A stretch of DNA of 64,000 bases from Patescibacteria group bacterium (lineage in GTDB: Bacteria; Patescibacteriota; Minisyncoccia; UBA6257; GWB1-50-10), in contig JANBVK010000001.1 in NCBI GenBank assembly GCA_024239035.1, positions 338,115 to 402,114 on the forward strand. Direction: 5' to 3'. Positions 58,608 through 64,000 of the stretch are shown here, in pieces. The notes below the pieces were generated by a model. That model worked only from the letters and a program-made list of their open reading frames with translations. It ran no database searches and had not been told where the DNA came from. Each line of letters starts with the position of its first letter. The first letter of the stretch is position 1. The translations under genes and the position numbers were made by a program.

Positions 58608-59954
58608 TTATAACACTAGCTTTTCTCCTAAAGAAGGGATTGTAGCCGCTACCGCTAGTTCATCTTTTATTTTTTGGGCCAGAGGGGCTGATTGATCATC
58701 CTCTCCTTGGACCACAAACACCTGTTTCAGATGTAAGCGCATCTCTCTTAACCATCTTATAAGCTGTGGCTGGTCAGCGTGCGCAGAATAACTCCCAATT
58801 TCTTTCTTATAGCAACGTACGGAAACTTCATCACCAAATATTTCCACGCTTTTAGCTCCCTCTAAAATTCTCCGGCCCAGTGATTCTTTGGCTTGGTAAC
58901 CAATAAAAAGAATTGTGCTCTTGGGGTCAGAAAGGTAGCGACGTTCATGGTGTAAAATTCTGCCGCCCTGAGACATGCCCGCACCGGCGATAATTATCTT
59001 TGGAGATTTAATCTTGCTAATGGATCTTGACTCTTCGCTACTTAAAGTTTTCTTAAGGCCCGGAAAATTAAAAAGCTGGTTCCCCGACTCTAAAAATTCT
59101 TTTGTTTCTTTGTTTAGTTCCTGTTTAAACTGCTTGTACACTTCAGTAAGTCTAATAGCTAAAGGGCTATCAACAAAAATTGGAATCTTAGGAATTCGCC
59201 CTCCTTCTACTAACTTATTAAGATGGAATAGTAAGTCCTGTGTTCGCTCCATCGCAAAAGCCGGGATCATAAGTGTCCCTCCCCTCTTAACTGTATCTTC
59301 TACAATATTTTCCAACATCCCTAAAGCTTGCTTTCTTGGTTCATGAACTCTGTTACCGTAAGTGGACTCTACCAAGCAGTAATTCGCATCATGAACATAC
59401 TCAATCGGTTTAATAAGTGGGGCCGGCGAGTTGCCTAGGTCCCCTGAAAAAATAATTTTCTTACCTTCGGCGGAAATTTCAATAAAACTGGATCCTAAAA
59501 TATGACCGGCATTATAAAATTTCACCTTAAAAGCGCCAAGAGAAATCTCTTCGTGATAGGGAACATCCTGCCATAATTCCATCAGCCGCCGAACGTCTTG
59601 TTTATCATAAATAGGTTTTTTATGTTCCCGTTCGGCTTCCCGCCGCAGAATACTTTCAGAGTCTCCTAAAAGCAACTCCGAAAAAGCTCGGGTTGGTGCC
59701 GTCGAGTAAACAGTTCCTTTAAAACCGTCTCTTATTAGTTTCGGCAGACGACCGATATGATCGAGGTGAGAGTGAGTGATAAAAACTCCTTTAATCTCCT
59801 TGGGATCATACGGAAAGGACTCAAAATTCTGCCGCTCACAATAGCGACCGCCCTGCTGCAGACCACAATCTACCAATATTTTCTCGCCTTCGGATTCTAA
59901 AAGATAATTAGCACCCGTTACCATCCGCGCGCCGCCGTAGAAGGTTAAACGCAT
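58608..59954 (-). CDS. MBL-fold beta-CASP ribonuclease
   Basis: THSHLDHIG, AGHILGS, ESTYG, SAHAD. Confidence 0.9.
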   Translation of the reverse strand: MRLTFYGGARMVTGANYLLESEGEKILVDCGLQQGGRYCERQNFESFPYDPKEIKGVFITHSHLDHIGRLPKLIRDGFKGTVYSTAPTRAFSELLLGDSESILRREAEREHKKPIYDKQDVRRLMELWQDVPYHEEISLGAFKVKFYNAGHILGSSFIEISAEGKKIIFSGDLGNSPAPLIKPIEYVHDANYCLVESTYGNRVHEPRKQALGMLENIVEDTVKRGGTLMIPAFAMERTQDLLFHLNKLVEGGRIPKIPIFVDSPLAIRLTEVYKQFKQELNKETKEFLESGNQLFNFPGLKKTLSSEESRSISKIKSPKIIIAGAGMSQGGRILHHERRYLSDPKSTILFIGYQAKESLGRRILEGAKSVEIFGDEVSVRCYKKEIGSYSAHADQPQLIRWLREMRLHLKQVFVVQGEDDQSAPLAQKIKDELAVAATIPSLGEKLVL

Positions 59955-60030
59955 AATTTAGCCATTATAACACTTACAGTCAAACCAATCTATTGTAGCC
60001 TCTTAGCAATATGCGGGAAAACTTTATATC

Positions 60031-61362
60031 TCATTGCGTTTTACTGAGAATTTCCTCGACTGTTCCCCGATCATCCCATGGAATCTTCTTTCTCTTCGCT
60101 AAATGAATCCACTCTTCACTTCCTTTACCGGTTATAACTACCACATCTCCTTTTCGGGCTAAAAATATTGCTTTCTCGATCGCTTCCCTCCGGTCCAGAA
60201 CAACATACACTTTGGGTATTGGAAACTCGCCTGCCGGATGCGGCTGTTGAGAATTGGGAATCCCAGATTTTATCTCTCTTAAAATCTGGTTCGGATCTTC
60301 ATCATACGGATCTTCATTAGTGAGAATGATCTCATTGCAGTAGTGAGCGGCGATCTCCCCTATCTTGGGTCGTTTCCACTTATCCCTTCCTCCCCCACAA
60401 GAACCTAAAACACAAATAAGCCTTGAACTCTTAGTAAATTCCGGTTGTTCTTTAAGGTTTCTATATACAGCGCGGAGTGAGACGGGGGTATGAGCATAGT
60501 CAACCACGGCTGCAAACGGCTCTTTTTGAACAAAATCCATCCGACCCCGCAATCCTTTAAATTTAATGAGTGCGTCTCTTACCGTCTCATCTTTTACCCC
60601 GAATAATTTTGTAAGTGCACGAGCCGCAGCAGCATTCTCTATATTAAAATCAGCGCGCAGCCAGTTTGGGTTGCTGTCCTTTTTTATTGAATCCATTAAG
60701 CGACTCACACCGTCACGATTAAAAAGAATAATTTCGGCGCGCAATACCTTCTCTGTGACCTTTTTAAAGTACGAGGCGTGAGTATCGTCGCTATTAATTA
60801 CAAAATACTTCTTTTGTTTCTTCGATCGCCTGAGGTATCTAAAAAAATCTAATTTTGCTTCCCGATAATTTTCAAATGAGCCGTGCGCTTCAACGTGCTC
60901 TGGGGTGAGATTCAGAAAAACTGCTGCGTCCCATTGAATGAACCGATGGCGATGCTTAGTCACGCCTTCTGAGGTCACCTCAAAGAGAGCATATTCACAC
61001 CCAGCATCTACTGCCTCGCGCAAAAACCGCTGGATAGCAAAACGTCCAGGCATCGTGTTCTCAGAGGAATTTTTCCCATCACGCTCACCGACCTTCCGCC
61101 GTACGGAAGAGAGAAGCGCCGTACGTTTACCCGATGCTGTAAGCATCGCGTCTATAAGCTCAAGCGTCGTTGTCTTGCCCTTCGTGCCGGTTACTCCTAC
61201 AACCCTTATCCGCCTCGACGGGAAACCATAAAAAAGATTTCCTAAAAACGCCAAAAGGAAATGATAAGGCGACTGCCCCAAACGATAAATGGATTTTGGA
61301 ATAATGTATCGCTCAAAAAACCGCAGTGCCCTCTCAAGCATTTCTTTATTTAGACCTTCCAA
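60031..61362 (-). CDS. murE: UDP-MurNAc-tripeptide synthetase (Mur ligase)
   Basis: GVTGTKGKTT, EVTS, NLTPEH, DYAHT, GGGRD, TGKG. Confidence 0.88.
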   Translation of the reverse strand: MEGLNKEMLERALRFFERYIIPKSIYRLGQSPYHFLLAFLGNLFYGFPSRRIRVVGVTGTKGKTTTLELIDAMLTASGKRTALLSSVRRKVGERDGKNSSENTMPGRFAIQRFLREAVDAGCEYALFEVTSEGVTKHRHRFIQWDAAVFLNLTPEHVEAHGSFENYREAKLDFFRYLRRSKKQKKYFVINSDDTHASYFKKVTEKVLRAEIILFNRDGVSRLMDSIKKDSNPNWLRADFNIENAAAARALTKLFGVKDETVRDALIKFKGLRGRMDFVQKEPFAAVVDYAHTPVSLRAVYRNLKEQPEFTKSSRLICVLGSCGGGRDKWKRPKIGEIAAHYCNEIILTNEDPYDEDPNQILREIKSGIPNSQQPHPAGEFPIPKVYVVLDRREAIEKAIFLARKGDVVVITGKGSEEWIHLAKRKKIPWDDRGTVEEILSKTQ

Positions 61363-61936
61363 GCAATCTTAACGCTTGTTTTAACCTTTCCTCGAGTGTC
61401 TTCGCCTCGCCCCCAGCCTCTGATAAAACTCTCTTAACCTGACTGCGCGAATACCCCAAACTCGTGAGTGCCTCCTCTACTTCTATGTCAACGTCCATTT
61501 TCTCTGTTAGAGTTTTGGCCTCCGGCAGCTTAATTTTACTATGAAGTTCTAAAATGATGCGCTCGGCGGTCTTGCGTCCAATTCCCGAAGTCCGCGATAA
61601 AAGCTCAGTGCGCTTTTCAATAATCGCTGCCATGAGATTGGGAACTGTATCAACATCCAGTATCCCGAGAGCGGTCTTAGGACCGATACCCACAACCGCA
61701 TTTAACATCTCAAAAAGCTTCAGGGCTTGTTCCTCTAAAAAGCCGTATAATTCCATCTGATCGTCCCGAATGTATAGAAAACAAAAAAGCTCGACTAGAG
61801 AATCTTGCGGGAGTTTACTTAGAGTCTCGTTATTAGTAAAAACCTTAAAACCTAATCCGCCGGTTAGGCTACCCACCTCAACTACTAGAAACCCATCGCC
61901 ACGACTAATTAGTTTACCTTTAAGGGTATAGAGCAT
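61346..61936 (-). CDS. ruvA: Holliday junction DNA helicase subunit RuvA
   Basis: LYGF, GIGPKTAL, GIGRKTAERI, ALTSLGY. Confidence 0.95.
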   Translation of the reverse strand: MLYTLKGKLISRGDGFLVVEVGSLTGGLGFKVFTNNETLSKLPQDSLVELFCFLYIRDDQMELYGFLEEQALKLFEMLNAVVGIGPKTALGILDVDTVPNLMAAIIEKRTELLSRTSGIGRKTAERIILELHSKIKLPEAKTLTEKMDVDIEVEEALTSLGYSRSQVKRVLSEAGGEAKTLEERLKQALRLLGRSK

Positions 61937-62095
61937 CGTCTTTAACTTTATTATAGGGGGCTTTACCTCCGACGCAACGTCGGAGCTACAAAATTTTTAT
62001 TTGCTCGAATTTTACAGAGCAAAAATTTAAATGAGTACCCTTGTTTTATAACAAGCCTTGACTTCATTCAATTCTCAGGTTTTAATAGATTCAAT

Positions 62096-62359
62096 ATGCC
62101 ACAAACAAAATCAGCTAAAAAGGCTCTGCGGCAAAATTACGTGAGGCGTAAGAGAAATGTCGGACGGAAAAAGGAGGTCAAAGGAGCCATTAAAAAATTC
62201 AAAAAACTGGTGGCTGAGGGTAAGCTCGAAGAGGCCCGCGGACAACTTCCCCAAGTCTATAAAACTCTTGATAAAATAGCCAAAATCAAACTCATTAAAC
62301 GGGGTAAGGCCGACCGGTTAAAATCAAGACTTTCTAAAAAACTAGTAACCAGTAAATAG
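62096..62359 (+). CDS. rpsT: 30S ribosomal protein S20
   Basis: MPQTKSAKKALRQ, LDK, ADRLKSRL. Confidence 0.93.
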   Translation: MPQTKSAKKALRQNYVRRKRNVGRKKEVKGAIKKFKKLVAEGKLEEARGQLPQVYKTLDKIAKIKLIKRGKADRLKSRLSKKLVTSK

Positions 62360-62399
62360 TGATCTAAGGAACTTTGTCCGCACACCGGCTTACCAGTTA

Positions 62400-63209
62400 C
62401 TAATCACCAATTACAAAATCCGTTAACGCTTCCTCGTACTCTAGTCCGCCGCTTTTAATTGAAATGTCATAATCAGCAAGTCTCTGAGCTATCCTGCCCC
62501 CTGCCTGATAAGCTAAAGAATTAAAAATATAGGCCGGTGCTCCTTTTTGTAAAAGCAGTTTTTCTAAAACCCCTAATTTCCGACCAGAGTTTCCGGCTCC
62601 TAGAATCTGCCTAGCTATAAGAAAAACTTCTTCCCGCATCCTCCAATGGACAACCGACCTAAGATTGTCTAAAGATACTGGTTTAGGGAAGCCTACGAGG
62701 GAAAGTTTTTCCAACTCGTTATGAGCCAGCCAGCTCCTGTTATTTCCAGATGCGATATAAGAACAAAAAAATTGCCAAGCTTGAGGACTAAAAGATAAAT
62801 TACAACTTTCAGCTTCCTTTTCTAGAAACACTTCAAGTGATTTACCTTTTAACTCTTCAAAAGCCTGTGACCTAACCGGCGCTTTTAGCAAAAACTTGAA
62901 CGCCGCCCTTGGTGCTTTGCTGTTAGAAAGAAGGATAAACGTTTTTGGAGTTTTTAGTTGGTCCTTCAAAATCCCAATCCATTCTTTGCTATCGACTGCT
63001 CCACTTTCTTTAATAACAGCGATTTTTGAGTCGATAAACATTGACGGTTGATTCAGAAAATCTTTTACCCTCAGCCAGCCATCCGGCTCACTTTCTAAAT
63101 CACAGTAGAGCATATCAAGTTCGGTGTATTTTTCCTGATATGCCTTGATTAGCTCTTTTAGTTTTTTGTTGCGGTGATAAGAATCAGGACCGTAGAGAAA
63201 AATTATCAT
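62400..63209 (-). CDS. holA: DNA polymerase III delta subunit-like
   Basis: IIFLYGPDSY, PSMF, NELEKL, D.SIKSG. Confidence 0.8.
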   Translation of the reverse strand: MIIFLYGPDSYHRNKKLKELIKAYQEKYTELDMLYCDLESEPDGWLRVKDFLNQPSMFIDSKIAVIKESGAVDSKEWIGILKDQLKTPKTFILLSNSKAPRAAFKFLLKAPVRSQAFEELKGKSLEVFLEKEAESCNLSFSPQAWQFFCSYIASGNNRSWLAHNELEKLSLVGFPKPVSLDNLRSVVHWRMREEVFLIARQILGAGNSGRKLGVLEKLLLQKGAPAYIFNSLAYQAGGRIAQRLADYDISIKSGGLEYEEALTDFVIGD

Positions 63210-63216
63210 ATCTCTA

Positions 63217-64000
63217 TTATAACCTCTGACATTTAGGGCAAAAATGAGCAGAGCGGCCGCCGACCTTCAACCTTTTTATTTTCGTCTTACATCGCGGGCA
63301 GGGTTCATTCTCTCTCTGGTACGCGTAGCGCACCAAGTCATACCTACCCCGCCGGCCGGCTGCATCACGGTAATCACTAACTGAAGCCCCTCTAAGTATT
63401 AGGGCCTTTCTCAAAATCTTTTTTATCGCTCTGTAAACGGTTTTAAGCTCAGCCTCGCCCAATTTCTCTACTCTTCGTAAAGGGTGAATTTTTGCGAGCC
63501 AAAGGACTTCATCAGCATAAATATTACCAAGGCCGCTTATAAAATCCTGATCCATTAAAACTTGTTTAATTCTCCCTTTTTTGTTTTCGAAAAGATTTCT
63601 AAACACTTTATAGGTAAATTTTAGGTTGGAGGGGTCCGGCCCCAAATTTTTAAGATCGGGTAAGTTTAAAATTATCTCCCGCGGGCCGCAGAGAATTTTT
63701 GCAAATCTTCTCAAGTCAGAGAGAGCAAGCATCTCGCCGTTATCCAAAAATAAAATTAATCTTATAAACCTGTTCATTGGATCCATTAGCGTTCCTTTTA
63801 GAGAGTTGGGGATCCATTTCTGTCCCCGCCACGCCTCCGGCAGGCTTTCCGCGTTGTTCCGCGTTGTTCCGCGTTGTGAGCGAAGCGAACTAATCCACTT
63901 TCCCACCATTAAGTGACCGCTAATCTTCTGGTGGATAAGGAGAAGATGATCGTCCGATAAGTGAATAAGGACGTTTTTTCCTCTCCGGCTGACTTTGGTA
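63217..64000 (-). CDS. mutM: Formamidopyrimidine-DNA glycosylase, 5' end beyond the window
   Basis: Frame stays open upstream of 63909 (RRGKNVLIHL..HQKISGHL); GLGNIYADE; C-terminal CPRC/CPKCQ zinc finger. Confidence 0.92.
   Translation of the reverse strand, partial: TKVSRRGKNVLIHLSDDHLLLIHQKISGHLMVGKWISSLRSQRGTTRNNAESLPEAWRGQKWIPNSLKGTLMDPMNRFIRLILFLDNGEMLALSDLRRFAKILCGPREIILNLPDLKNLGPDPSNLKFTYKVFRNLFENKKGRIKQVLMDQDFISGLGNIYADEVLWLAKIHPLRRVEKLGEAELKTVYRAIKKILRKALILRGASVSDYRDAAGRRGRYDLVRYAYQRENEPCPRCKTKIKRLKVGGRSAHFCPKCQRL

Noticed and set aside
1-64000. CRISPR array
   Set aside because: No run of regularly spaced identical repeats with unique spacers, and no cas genes.
1-64000. Alternative genetic code (TGA read as Gly or Trp)
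   Set aside because: Conserved genes are uninterrupted under code 11, and several (smpB, murB, polX) end at TGA at the expected length.

Overview
Mostly housekeeping chromosome from a small-genome bacterium. Gene content and style suggest Patescibacteria/CPR, Parcubacteria-like (inference). TGA is used as stop. The window holds the end of a sugar-biosynthesis and glycosylation locus beside a large surface protein, a small AT-rich island, chaperone and protease genes, three aminoacyl-tRNA synthetases, RNases (rny, rnj, a beta-CASP MBL), smpB-ssrA, infC-rpmI-rplT, repair genes, mur genes and seven tRNAs. No CRISPR array, transposase or intact integrase was seen. The main unexplained signal is a non-coding ~190-230 bp element immediately 3' of tRNA-Phe, tRNA-Arg(TCT), tRNA-Gly and tmRNA, with a decayed fifth copy near 10 kb. 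Its core is shared, but its ends match the host RNA: an inverted copy of the T-arm on one side and a direct repeat of the 3' end on the other. Other observations are a ~450 nt structured candidate ncRNA with its own promoter and terminator (34.68-35.13 kb), many short palindromes inserted in frame in conserved genes, CDSs starting 1-4 nt after tRNA 3' ends, pervasive leaderless gene architecture, and an IleRS with an internal histidine-phosphatase domain. All alignments and folds were done by eye.
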